Assembly (NCBI GenBank): GCA_001600815.1
Contig: BCKZ01000001.1
Span: 171,942 to 226,369, forward strand
DNA from: Alloascoidea hylecoeti
Taxonomy: Eukaryota
Direction of reading: 5' to 3'
DNA: 54,428 bases
Shown here: in pieces, positions 12,402 through 23,751 of the stretch
How positions within the stretch are numbered: position 1 is the stretch's first letter
How the letters are laid out: every line of letters starts with the position of its first letter
Translations under genes and position numbers: made by a program
Notes under the pieces: generated by a model
Told to the model about the DNA's origin: nothing
The model's database searches: none
Seen by the model: only the letters and a program-made list of their open reading frames with translations

Positions 12402-12492
12402 AGTTTATATTTATAATCAAAAATCTCTCGTTTAAGAATAAAAAAAAAGTCCTGACTTCCCAAAGTGAAAATGAAAATCCCTTCGAGGAGGT

Positions 12493-13195
12493 GTACCTTT
12501 CTTCGCTAGGGGTAAAAATAAACTAAAACGTGCGACGCGTAAAACTTACCTTCTATTTAACCAATCACCACCATGACAAAATAACTTTAACTCAAAGCGG
12601 GAGAAGGACAATTGACGTTTAAAATTACATAACGTCATTGTTCTCGTGCAGCTGAACCCTGAAGTATCCCGTAACAAGATAACAAAAACACTTAGCTGTT
12701 CCTATATCTTCGCTAAGGAATAGGTTAGATAAAACGAACAAAAACTTCCGATTTTTCAGGAAGTTGAGATATTGGAGCACACTCAGAACATGGCCAAATG
12801 TAGCTGCACTGTCGATAAATCACTATCATTTATGACTGTTGTAGGGTAGATTTATATCCAATCCGGAGTTAATTCAACTTTATCCAGTTCTAAACAAATA
12901 CCAATAACGAATGAAAATTATAAAAGAGCGGCCAATGGGTTACGGCCTTTCAGATGGGTGTAATAAGATTATTTGTAAGTTGCTTCATATTCGCGATTAT
13001 TATAGATTATTCACAAAGAATAAGGATAATGTGAAAGCTGATTCAAATGATAGAAATGGTTATGTGACAAATATGAATGCAAGCCGTATAATTTTTACAG
13101 AGTGGGTAAGATAGGTTGTATTCTTAGGTATGTCTAAAAGTCCAGGAAGATGCTGGTTCCAGTGGAATGCCCGTCTATTATTCAGTTGACCCCTC
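12493..13195 (+). mobile_element. Degenerate Fot1/pogo-type DNA transposon relic, copy 1
   Basis: Colinear similarity with 46213-46890. Broken frames give EQKLPIFQEVEILEHTQNMA (CENP-B-type HTH start) and CDKYECKPYNFYRVGKIG (decayed KYxIxPxNIYNxDETG). Confidence 0.65.
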
Positions 13196-13205
13196 ATCCA
13201 AGCTA

Positions 13206-13610
13206 CAGTACTTTGCGTTAAGATCGGTCATTCGTTGACCTTTATATTCGCCCTCATCTGAGAAACTATTCGGCCATAATTTAAATTAATCATTCGTCCA
13301 CATGATGCAATATAATTCGTCTAGTCTTCACTCAAGTTCGACCACCCTGCATTAAATATTCGGCCACCTTTATATGTTCAATTTGAATATACATAAGTTC
13401 TCGTTTACAAGCTGCAGAATCAGGAAAAAAATTTGGATGACTTTTTTTAAGGAGGCCCAGAAAGTGAATTACCACTTGATAAAGTCAGAGAGACCGGGTA
13501 TGATGCCACCAGAAAAATACTTAACTGCAATTGTTGCAAGTGCTCCTTTTATTAAAAAAGATCCAGTAAAAGGTAAATCATTGAAAAAATACAATCAATT
13601 TCAGGGCTAA
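13206..13610 (+). mobile_element. Probable Tc1/IS630-like element left end with subterminal motif array and transposase HTH remnant
   Basis: TA|CAGT start, seven (A/G)(T/A)TCG-core motifs at 21-24 bp spacing, then an ORF containing W..FKE..V....KSERPG (GRP-like motif). No right end found. Confidence 0.45.
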
Positions 13611-14199
13611 AAATATGAGTGTAACTACGAGAAGAGTTGGTATACCTGGCTCTCCTGAGTCCCCACGAAGATCTGTTAAAATACTTATAGATTTATATTT
13701 GTTTATATTTTTTCACAGAAAAGTAGTAGTATGTCTTTATTTTTGACCCCGTTCGCCAAGGAACCTCACATATCTTGCAATTGTATGGGGTATTAACGTT
13801 AACTCCCAAGCTTATATTGTTTTGTATACGGCTTAAAGACAAGGTCAGATCGGATCACGTGGTGTGGTACAATCCAACCAATCAATTGGCACCAAAAATA
13901 ATATTATTTTCAAATTTCATTGTGTAAAAAATGCATTTATTAAAACAGACATCAAACAAATAATGACAATATATATAAATAAATAATACACAATAATAAT
14001 AAATAAAAACTTCATCTTTTTAAATTTAAATCGAATTGAAAAAAAAAATGATTTTTCAAATCCAATTGATGTTAAAATTTTTTTTTTTTTTTTTTATTTA
14101 TAGTAATGAGTATTTCAAAAAATGATTCAATTCACTCCTTCTTTAGTGTCTTTTCTTTAATGTATTATGATATCTAGTAGAGGGTAGGGAGAGGATAAT

Positions 14200-15003
14200 T
14201 TACGCTAGAGCAAGGGATTTCTTAATTCTTGCGATAGCTAGACCTGGATTAAGACCTTTTGGACAAGTTCTAGAACAATTCATAATAGTGTGACATCTAT
14301 ACAAACTCATACTATTTTGTAATATTTCTCTTCTTGCATCAGTTGCCTGATCTCTTGAATCAATTAACCACCTATAGGCTTGCATGAGAACGGCAGGACC
14401 TAGGTATTCCTGTTGATTCCACCAGTATGAAGGGCATGAAGTTGAACAACAGGCACATAAAATACATTCATATAAACCATCTAGTTTCTTTCGGTCCTCA
14501 ACGGATTGTAAGTTCTCTTTACCATCTTCAGGAACTGAATCTCTTTGTAGATATGGTTGAATCGATTTATATTGTTTATAGAAATGGGTTAAATCAGGTA
14601 CCAGATCTCTAACGACAAACATGTGTGGTAAAGGATAGATCTTAGTTTCCTTTTTAATATCAGTATCGATACGGCATAAACATGCTAAAGTATTTCTACC
14701 TCCAATGTTCATAGCACACGATCCACAAATACCCTCTCTACATGAACGTCTAAAGGTAAGTGTGGAATCTTGTTCATTTTTGATCTTTAAAATTGCATCA
14801 AGAATCATAGGACCTGTTTCATTTAAATCAATTTTATATTCTTGTAATTGAGGTTTGACTTCAGGAGTATCAGGATTCCACCTATAAATCTTAAAAGTCT
14901 TGATCCTTGGGGAGGTTTCAGCGACATTTGTGACAGTCGCAAGACTCCTTTTTGAAGAAATTGGTAGGGATCTCGATACCGCTCGTGCTGTGAATCTGAA
15001 CAT
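14200..15003 (-). CDS. SDH2: Succinate dehydrogenase iron-sulfur subunit
   Basis: Mitochondrial presequence; [51 protein letters not shown]. Confidence 0.99.
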   Translation of the reverse strand: MFRFTARAVSRSLPISSKRSLATVTNVAETSPRIKTFKIYRWNPDTPEVKPQLQEYKIDLNETGPMILDAILKIKNEQDSTLTFRRSCREGICGSCAMNIGGRNTLACLCRIDTDIKKETKIYPLPHMFVVRDLVPDLTHFYKQYKSIQPYLQRDSVPEDGKENLQSVEDRKKLDGLYECILCACCSTSCPSYWWNQQEYLGPAVLMQAYRWLIDSRDQATDARREILQNSMSLYRCHTIMNCSRTCPKGLNPGLAIARIKKSLALA

Positions 15004-15169
15004 TTTATAAAGAAAGACTTGATCAATTAAAAAGGTTAGAGGAGAAGAAAAGGAGAAAAGAAAGAAAAGAGAAAAACAAGGGTTGTTATAGTTGTTTAGA
15101 AAATTCCCTCACTGGGACCCCGCGAAAACCGATTCCCGACTTTGGAGCGAACGAATAATCAAACGCGCT

Positions 15170-15180
15170 CTGATTGGCCG
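15170..15180 (-). promoter_or_regulatory. CCAAT box (Hap2/3/5-type) upstream of SDH2
   Basis: CGGCCAATCAG about 170 bp upstream of the SDH2 ATG; respiratory genes are established HAP targets. Confidence 0.5.
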
Positions 15181-15250
15181 ATACGTCTCGGAAGTCCGAA
15201 GGAACCTGAAAGCACCTCAGAAAGCACAAATCTGCGGCCGTTGTGTGCGT

Positions 15251-17233
15251 TTATGCCGCACTCCGGCTAATCGGCATGTCTCTGGTCACATGTCTCCTGT
15301 GTACATGTGACACCATTTTCTTAACATCTCCTCTGAATGTCGGTTGACCCACCTCCTCTGATTCATCCTTCTCATCAATTGGTGCAAGACCACGGTCTTT
15401 AATTAGAAAACTTGTAATCAGTAGGAAAACCGCCAACGGGAAGAAAAATATAAAAACGTTATGGATTCCAGAAACGTATGCTTGCTGGACTAATCTCTTT
15501 TGATACGTGGTTAGTGTAGACAAATCAGGTTTTGAATAAACTGAATTGATAATTTGGTTTTTAAACGTTTCTGGTAAAATATCATCACTTATTCTATTGA
15601 TTTTTTTCTTCAATGTATTCGCTACTATAGTACTAGATATTGCAAGTCCTAAAGCACCACCAAATGATCTTAATACATTTCTTGATGATATAACAACTGC
15701 TCTATCAGATTTTTTAGCATACGCTTGTGATGCAATTAGCGTAGGTTGAAATACCCATCCAATTCCTAGACCTTGTAATAGAAAACTACCAACAATATAG
15801 GCATCTGATGTATTTAAATCAAATTTCATACTCATTCCAACACCTGTAGTCCACAATGTATACCCAATTCGAATGATTGTCATATATTTACCATATCTTG
15901 TTTGTAAAATACCACCAACCGCCGCAATTGCTGATAAACTGATAACCATTGGAATCATTAATATTGATGCTGACATTAACGATTTATCTAAACATACTTC
16001 AAAATAATATGGATAAAAATAAAGTCCTGAACTATAAACAATTCCAACAAAAATATTTTGAAACATTAATAATCCCAACATTGGTGATGTATAAAGTCTT
16101 AATGGCATCATTGGTAAAATTGCAACTTTCCATTCAATTAAAACAAATATAATTAATAAAATTCCACCAATACAAAACATTGATATAACAATTGGGCTAT
16201 CCCATTTATATGTTGATCCACCACTACTTATTGGTATTAATAATAGTGTTAATGCACCAGTACTAAATAAAAATCCAAAATAATCAATTTGTTTAAATTT
16301 TTCTCTTGTTGATGATGGTGAATGAGTATTCGGTATAAAATACCATGAAACAATTGAAAATAAAACCATTAAACATGCTAAAAAGAAGAAGAAATATTTC
16401 CAACCAACATGGACTGTAAAACCAGATGCAATGAATGGTGCAATTGTATTACTTGTACCAATAAATGACCCTAATATACCTTGGAATTTACCTCTTTGTC
16501 TTAAAGTAACAACATCTGAAGCAATAACCATTGTTAATGACATTATACCACCACAAGCAGCTCCAGAAAATGCTCTGAAAATATAAAATTCAATACCATT
16601 TTTTGATAATCCACATAAAATTTCAGTTAAGACAAAAACATACATTGAACCAATTAAAACATATTTTCTACCAAAAATATCAGCTAATCTACCAAATATA
16701 ACTTGAAATACACAGTTACCAATCATTGATGATGTACCAGCCCATGAAATTGTTGTTTTTGCATTTAATGATTTTGAAATTGAACTTAATATAACTGATA
16801 TACCTGTTTGATCAATTAATCCAATTACCAATGAAAATCCTAAACTTAAAAATACAATAATTATTTGGTTTGTTGGTAAGATATTAACATGAGCATCTGC
16901 TAATTTTCCTTCCAAGTCTTGATTATCAGATTCAGATTCAGATTCAGATTCGGTGCTTGTATTATTATTATTATTAATAGAATTTGATCTTGATAAAATT
17001 GGACTAGATATTATATGTTCAGTTATATTATGATTGATTGACTCTTTATTTGGGCCTTTTTCAATATCAATTTCAGTGCTAGTGTTAATATCGGGACTGG
17101 TGTTTTTGATTGGAATACGCATGGCGCTTGACTCTTCAGGTGGTTTTTCATGATTAATTTTTTCATTTTCAACATCATTTACTGTTTGAAATTGTGGAGC
17201 GTGAAGCTCATGAGAGGGTATATTTGAACCCAT
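15251..17233 (-). CDS. MFS multidrug transporter, 14-TM DHA2 type
   Basis: FGRLADIFGRK motif A, SDVVTLRQRGKFQG, IDYFG, PMMPLRLY and many TM segments. Confidence 0.9.
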   Translation of the reverse strand: MGSNIPSHELHAPQFQTVNDVENEKINHEKPPEESSAMRIPIKNTSPDINTSTEIDIEKGPNKESINHNITEHIISSPILSRSNSINNNNNTSTESESESESDNQDLEGKLADAHVNILPTNQIIIVFLSLGFSLVIGLIDQTGISVILSSISKSLNAKTTISWAGTSSMIGNCVFQVIFGRLADIFGRKYVLIGSMYVFVLTEILCGLSKNGIEFYIFRAFSGAACGGIMSLTMVIASDVVTLRQRGKFQGILGSFIGTSNTIAPFIASGFTVHVGWKYFFFFLACLMVLFSIVSWYFIPNTHSPSSTREKFKQIDYFGFLFSTGALTLLLIPISSGGSTYKWDSPIVISMFCIGGILLIIFVLIEWKVAILPMMPLRLYTSPMLGLLMFQNIFVGIVYSSGLYFYPYYFEVCLDKSLMSASILMIPMVISLSAIAAVGGILQTRYGKYMTIIRIGYTLWTTGVGMSMKFDLNTSDAYIVGSFLLQGLGIGWVFQPTLIASQAYAKKSDRAVVISSRNVLRSFGGALGLAISSTIVANTLKKKINRISDDILPETFKNQIINSVYSKPDLSTLTTYQKRLVQQAYVSGIHNVFIFFFPLAVFLLITSFLIKDRGLAPIDEKDESEEVGQPTFRGDVKKMVSHVHRRHVTRDMPISRSAA

Positions 17234-18912
17234 TATAATATTAGAAATTAGTACTAGATGATTGTAATTATAAGATAAGATTGTTTATAAATATATTAAT
17301 ATTAATCAAAATGTAATATTCTTATAGATAAAATTTAATTGAATAGCTAATAATAATATTCAGCCGTTACTAATTATATTCCTATAATATGAATAGAATT
17401 TAAAGAGGAAGAGAAAGAGAAAGAGAAGCTATATACTTCGGGAGAATTCCCGGTTTATATAACCATGTGGATCTAGAAAGTTTTACACGCTTAAGGCAGC
17501 GGTTGAGATTTATGAGTAAACAATTCCGATCAATTAATGACCAATTGAAATATTAATTAGTGATAAGTATAAGGTGAGTTACCTTCTAGCCGCGACTGTC
17601 ATACCAACCGCGAGCTCGGACGACAAATGCTTGCACAATCTTTTGAAAAAACTGCCAGATTCTACTGTGTTACACCTACGATGAGTACCATTTACTGTAT
17701 AGTATATATATATAGGCAATGAATAGTTTTAAAAAAATGTTTTAGTCTTGTGTTTCTTATTGTTCATGTAGCCTATATGGCAGAGCCCTATATATATTTA
17801 GAAAGTTCTAGTACTAATGATCTATAACACCTATAATTCAATATACCGGTACCGATTTAGATTTTAATTGTATGACTGCATATAATTTTTCATATCAATA
17901 AATTGATCATGAACCCATGGTAGTATTTCGAGTAAATTGATCATGATAATATTTCGAATATATTTGTTAACATTGGCTTTCTATTACTAATACTGCTGAC
18001 TCTTAAACTGGTTTAAATTGTATTTTTCAGTGGCTATAACATTTATGAGTTACAGTTTCATACCTATAATTTTAAGCAATAATCTTTCTTTATTATGGCT
18101 ATAAATGGTTTCATTGTTAACTAAAGAACCAGAAAGTAGGAACCAATACCAACTGTATTATAATAATGATAGATAACAGGTCTCAATTGAGATATTTATA
18201 TTTGCGACAGTCACAAACAAACACACTTTTCATCTATGACCGTTAAAGTCCGAGTAGATTAAGGCGCATAACACTAGCCACCACCACCCAATTACGGTGC
18301 CTCTAGATCTAGCCACGACCATCACGTTATGTCACGCGAAAGTGGGGGGGCTCTATTTTCCTATAATTAATAATTAATGCAAAACAAAGCATCCATGTTT
18401 ACCCAAATGGGACTGAAGTCCAATTATCCGGTTTTAATAAATATTACTAATCCACGTTTCTATTCCATTGAAGAAGGACTTAAAAGTTGTAAACTTGTAA
18501 TGTAATTGAGGTATTTTTTTCTGTCTCTTGTTTGAAACTTCTCAACCTTGATTAGAACAAAAGGCACCAAATTCAAGCGCTCATAATATTGATAATTAAT
18601 TATTATATAATAAGTACGGCTAAGCTTTTCCCTGCATGAAAGCAGCCGTTGCAATAATATTAAAATTACTGAACTTCACACAATTGCAATTATAACGGAT
18701 AATACAATATATATAAAATATTAGTACCGGTTGTAACAAATATGGCTAGTCGACCAGCTATGTAAACGGAGTTTAATATATAAATAAAAAACATCGTAAT
18801 CTAAATATTATTATTTAATTGCAATATTGATAATTATATACGAAGTCATGAGATATAATTAGAAACATAATGGGAAGTTAATAAATAGACAAAAATAAAA
18901 ATACAACAAACA

Positions 18913-20676
18913 TTAAACATGTAGTCTTTCTCTCGCAGTATACGATTTATAACGTAGCCTATGCCATAAGTTCCCATTTATACTCTTATTATATAATTTT
19001 TCCTTAACACGTTGTTTTTCTTCTTCTTTTTTAAATTTACCTTCACCATTTGCCCAAACAAGTCCAGTATCTAAATCAGCATTTTCTGACCTTATGAATT
19101 TATCATTCCCCCAGTGTGCAATTTTCCAACCAAGGTAACATATTATAAATACGGCAACACCTAAATAAGTTCCAAAAACATTCTTCCAATCAAATGGTGT
19201 ATATTGCGTTGATGCATAACCCATACCAATAAATAAAAATAATCCTAATACAAGAACTAATATTGGTAATAGAGGGAAAAAAGGTTGACAGAATGGTAAA
19301 TCAGATTTTGGTCTCCCTTGTTTTTTCAAAGCCATGTGAAATCTGATTGATATTAAACCTGATGCCATCCAAGTTAAAATGGCACTTGCGGCAGTGATAT
19401 TCATAAACCAAGTGAAAACAACCGCATTTCCCCAAATTGTTGTTAAGAAGACAAGACAAGATATAGCAAATGTAAGCACTAATGCATACATTGGAACACC
19501 TCTTGAATTAACTACACCAAAAATTGGGAAAAATCTACCTTCTTGTGCCATGCCCATTAACATTCTTGTTGAAGCGAAAAAGCATGAATTTGTTGCTGAT
19601 AATACAGCAGTCAATAAAACAGCATTAACAACATGAACAGCAGGACCAAAACCTGCTTTTTGAAAAACAATTGTTATTGGTGAAATTGAAACATCAGAAT
19701 TAAAATATGCATTTAATAATCTTTCATCACTATGATTTATACATAACCCAACAACAAAACATGTTAAAACCATAAATATAATAATACGAATTACTGTAAG
19801 TTTAACTGCTTTCGGGATTGATTTCCATGGTTTTGGTGTTTCTCCTGATGTTAGAGTAACTAATTCTGTACCGCCATATGAATAAAAACAAAATACAATT
19901 GTTTGAAACCAAGCGGAAAATCCACCAACCCAAGCATTTCCATTTCTGAAGTTGGATAATCCAGGTGATGGTTCAGCCGCTGTTGGTATAGCTCCCCAAT
20001 CATATAGCAATCCGACAATAATGAAAAGAATAATAAACACAACTTTTACCATTGTGAACCAATATTCTGCTTCTCCATATGTTTTAACGCTTATTAAATT
20101 CAAACAAAACATCGGTACAATAATCACAATTGCCCAGACCCAGGACGCAACATTTGGTAGCCAATATTGTATAATAATCGCTGCAGAAGTTAACTCAGAG
20201 GGAATTGAAAAAGCCCACTGTAAATAATAATTTATACCAAGTGCAAAACCAAAAGAATCATCAACAAATCTAGTACCATAATGAGAGAATGCACCAGAGT
20301 TAGGAATATAAGAAGCCATTTCTCCAAGACATACAACAACAGCAAAAACGAATACACCAACCACAAGATAAGCAACTAATGAACCAGCTGGTCCACTATA
20401 CGAGATCCCTTCACCAATAGCAAGAAATATACCAGTACCTATTGTACCACCAAGAGCAATGAATGTTATATGTCGGCTCTTTAATGTCTTTGCAACCTTT
20501 TCTTCTTTATTTCCAAATTGTTTTGCAAAAAAACCTTTTATACCTCTTTTATTCTTATCGTTAACGTTGATCTCCGATGATGTAGATTCATTAGTTTGTG
20601 ACGACGACAAAAATGCAACAGCCTCTTTAGGGTTATCAACTTCATCATAGTTGATCTTATCATTTTCAACCGCCAT
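18913..20676 (-). CDS. Amino-acid permease (APC/YAT family)
   Basis: LKSRHITFIALGGTIGTG, YGEAEYW, GTELV..SGE. First ATG (MAVEND) is at 20676. Confidence 0.92.
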   Translation of the reverse strand: MAVENDKINYDEVDNPKEAVAFLSSSQTNESTSSEINVNDKNKRGIKGFFAKQFGNKEEKVAKTLKSRHITFIALGGTIGTGIFLAIGEGISYSGPAGSLVAYLVVGVFVFAVVVCLGEMASYIPNSGAFSHYGTRFVDDSFGFALGINYYLQWAFSIPSELTSAAIIIQYWLPNVASWVWAIVIIVPMFCLNLISVKTYGEAEYWFTMVKVVFIILFIIVGLLYDWGAIPTAAEPSPGLSNFRNGNAWVGGFSAWFQTIVFCFYSYGGTELVTLTSGETPKPWKSIPKAVKLTVIRIIIFMVLTCFVVGLCINHSDERLLNAYFNSDVSISPITIVFQKAGFGPAVHVVNAVLLTAVLSATNSCFFASTRMLMGMAQEGRFFPIFGVVNSRGVPMYALVLTFAISCLVFLTTIWGNAVVFTWFMNITAASAILTWMASGLISIRFHMALKKQGRPKSDLPFCQPFFPLLPILVLVLGLFLFIGMGYASTQYTPFDWKNVFGTYLGVAVFIICYLGWKIAHWGNDKFIRSENADLDTGLVWANGEGKFKKEEEKQRVKEKLYNKSINGNLWHRLRYKSYTARERLHV

Positions 20677-20887
20677 CTTAATACCAATACTATGCTGAGT
20701 TTCTGTTGTAGCTGGATTGAAAGGTATCAAAAAGAATTAGTTTATAAAGTTTTTTAAAGTTTTAAATGCTAAATGCCTTTTATACGTTGGCATACATGTA
20801 AATATTTGGTGATAACCAGTGACTTTTGAATAAGGAAAAAAAAAATCGAAAATAAATGCATTATTTAAAGATTGCGCCGTACAATAC

Positions 20888-20897
20888 ATCACGTGAT
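20888..20897. promoter_or_regulatory. bHLH (Cbf1-type) site ATCACGTGAT upstream of the permease
   Basis: Matches the RTCACGTG consensus about 210 bp upstream of the ATG. Confidence 0.4.
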
Positions 20898-21587
20898 ATG
20901 ACAGAGTTCGTTAACGTTAACAATTTTTAATTTTACTCAAAATAATAATAATATAAAGTAAGATGTATATTCCGATGATTTGACATATATATCGACTTGT
21001 ATTATTCCTTTCTCCGAATGGAGACAATAGTGTCTGAAGCTAAAATATAGTGGAAGTTGTCTTGGAGTTTTTAAAACATTCCAAATTTAACCTGCTGCAG
21101 TCTTTGGCATTATCAACAATGGTCTTGTGCATTAATATTGATCTCTGAATAGTATGAGACTGGTCATGTGGTATCCAGATCTAATCCAATGGTGTAATCA
21201 TGAATTTTCAACTTTGATGTGCACCTTTGAAGAAATATTGGAGGGTGCTCTTGGCCGCCATGACGAATATTTTATAAATTAGCTATAATTTATTGTTGTA
21301 TGCCTGAGTTATACATCAAATTGCAATGGATTTTACATAACTTATAATTATAGTCTATAAACTAATTGCAAGTTTAATTATAAGTTCAATTCCAGCTCCA
21401 CACGCTTATTTATGATATTCACTTAAGAAATAGGTAAAGAAATAAAAAGAACTGATGAACTGAGGGTTGACCTGGTAGTGTTGTTGTTTGGGATAATAGA
21501 AGAACTAAACACTTAAGTTCAATTAATAATGATATACAGCCATTTCACTTTGGCCATACTAATTAATAATTATCGGTCAGTCCATAC

Positions 21588-22344
21588 CTATGTTTCGGTC
21601 GGCTTTGGAAGCCGAAGTTTTTGCATGTAGGCTTTCAATTTCATTCCCTCAAAAACCAACATTTGTAACCGTTAACGGAGCGTTAGAAGAATATTGACAT
21701 TTGCTGGAAGATTTGCATAAATGGATCGATCGACGTCATTGAATGATCTATGTGATACTCGGCCGTAGATAAAGATTACACGTTCATTGTGGAAATCTAG
21801 AAGATAGCGGTCCATTATCAGTCGTAACTTCGCAATTGGAGTACCTCGATTAGAAGTTAAACAGTTTCGAAAGTTTAAAGAAATGTAGGGGTCGAAAACA
21901 AATGATGATGTATTGCATTGTATCCACATTTATATTTGTTGCAATGCTAAATAGAACAATTATGTCTTTTATTCTTTTTTCGATATCTTCTCCTGCTGGG
22001 GTTTCCACCAGTTTTTGTAACGCTTCATTTGCCAATTTTGGTACCGTTTCAGTAGTTGGTATATTTCTTTTTTTCGTGTTATTTATTATGATTCTTCACA
22101 CTTTCAAGTATGTAATTAATCTCCCTTTAAACTTATTGTTTGGATTTACTAGTATAACTGAGTTTAAAGTTAGGTTGGTATTATATAATAAATCACCTAT
22201 CAAAAAATTATACCACTGAAAATTCAACTCTGTATGATTATCTATTGAGTTCGCCTGATTTCTACTGCTTCCTTTAATGCTGTTGCTATATTTTCCAAAA
22301 CGGTTTCCTGGCCAACGTATACGAATAGTGGCGATATCGGACAT
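21588..22344 (-). pseudogene. Broken ORF of foreign-looking origin abutting tRNA-Gln; weak resemblance to Flp-family recombinases
   Basis: ORFs 22344-22096 and 22035-21850 are one frame split by a single TGA. A shifted frame (21929-21672) continues past another stop to 21588. The family call is speculative. Confidence 0.35.
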
Positions 22345-22356
22345 AAATCTAAGTGA

Positions 22357-22428
22357 GGTTGTGTAGTGTAATGGCTAGCACATCAGATTTTGATTCTGGC
22401 GATCCCGGTTCGATCCCGGGCACGACCT
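22357..22428 (+). tRNA. tRNA-Gln(TTG)
   Basis: Acceptor stem GGTTGTG/CACGACC, anticodon arm TCAGA-TTTTGAT-TCTGG, T-arm GGTTCGATCC and a downstream T-run. Confidence 0.95.
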
Positions 22429-22670
22429 AAAATGTTAATTATTCTTTTTATAAAACATCCTGAGTATCTCTTATTTTGTTCGGCTGAAAAAAAAAGCTGT
22501 GGGCTGGTGCTTCATTTTTTTTCCTTAGGGCTTACCTACTAAAACCACTGCCTGGCTGTCAACCACCCCACAGATAGTAGTACGCTAGCTAAAAGTATCT
22601 TCTAATAAATGGGACTCGAATGTCACGACACAAAACAGGAAAGAAGAAAGTTTTACAACGAATATGAATT

Positions 22671-22744
22671 GGTTTGATGGTCTAGTTGGTTATGGCATCT
22701 GCTTAACACGCAGAACGTCCCCAGTTCGATCCTGGGTTAAATCA
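22671..22744 (+). tRNA. tRNA-Val(AAC)
   Basis: Acceptor stem GGTTTGA/TTAAATC, anticodon arm TCTGC-TTAACAC-GCAGA, T-arm AGTTCGATCCT and an immediate poly-T Pol III terminator. Confidence 0.96.
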
Positions 22745-23133
22745 TTTTTTTCATTGTTTGGAATCTTCTTTTTGAAGTTTTGGCCCATAGCGGATGCTGT
22801 TTTTCGCCGATATGGCTGAAAACAAACAATATGCGGAGCAACAGTTTGCTCCTACTAACAAACAGTTCAATTTTCAGATTTCAGTACCCGGAGTTATTTC
22901 AAAATCAAGTAAGACAATTAAGAAACAATAGGAAAAAGGTAAGCTGCTTAGTGAAGATCTAGTTATTTATGAGATCAGAGGGTGACTTTTCGAAGCGGAG
23001 AATAATACAATAAATTCCAAACGTTAAATTTAACTTGTAATTATAAACGAAAACAATGAAAATTACAATTTATACAACTAATCATTGTATAAATCATATT
23101 AAAATTAAGGAATCTAATTTATTCTATTTAATC

Positions 23134-23751
23134 TTATTTCTGAGCATCATCATCAAATTGAGAATATTGTTCTTTCCAATATAATCTAAGAGTTTTCTCT
23201 TTACTAACAGTAGTAATTTTTTCAACATCTAAATCATCAATTTTAAAATCAAAGATTTCTAATGTTTGTTTGATCCTTTCAATTTTTCCACTAGTAGTGA
23301 TTGGCAAAATACCATTTTGATAAACCCATCTAAGTAAAATTTGAGCTGGTAATCTGTTATATTTTTTAGACAATTCATCTAATAACGGATCCAATGGACC
23401 CGGACTACCTTTTGTAATTGGTCCCAATGGACTATAAGCACTTGTTAAGATGCTATTTTTTTGAGCAAATTGAACAATACCAGTGGTTTGATTTTGTAAA
23501 TAAGCGCTATATTCAATTTGAATTACTGCTGGTTTAATTGTAGCAATTTTTAAAATTTCTTTAACATTTGAAACTGTAAAATTTGAAATACCAATATTTT
23601 TAACTTTTCCTAATTTTTGTTGTTCTTCAAGAGATTTCCAAGCTTCTTGTAAAGTAACACCATATGTTTCCTTTGCTATGAAAGGATGATGAATAAGATA
23701 TAAATCAAGATAATTAACATCCTCTAACCGAGATAAACCTGCCGCGTGCAT
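23134..23751 (-). pseudogene. 5'-truncated duplicate of the aldo-keto reductase at 30106-30999
   Basis: Homology starts only at ~23721 (VNYLDLYL). The N-terminal ~100 aa carrying the catalytic Asp/Tyr/Lys (DLAEVY, TDK) are replaced by about 10 unrelated codons. Confidence 0.85.

Noticed and set aside
13222..13366. CRISPR-like repeat/spacer interpretation of the periodic motif
   Set aside because: Repeats are only ~9 bp and variable, spacers are ~13 bp, the context is eukaryotic and there are no cas genes.
17820..18110. CTATAA/TGATCA-rich stretch resembling 38690-38830 and 41060-41350 (possible repeat family or RIP-like decay)
   Set aside because: I could not establish a colinear alignment, and low complexity explains it equally well.
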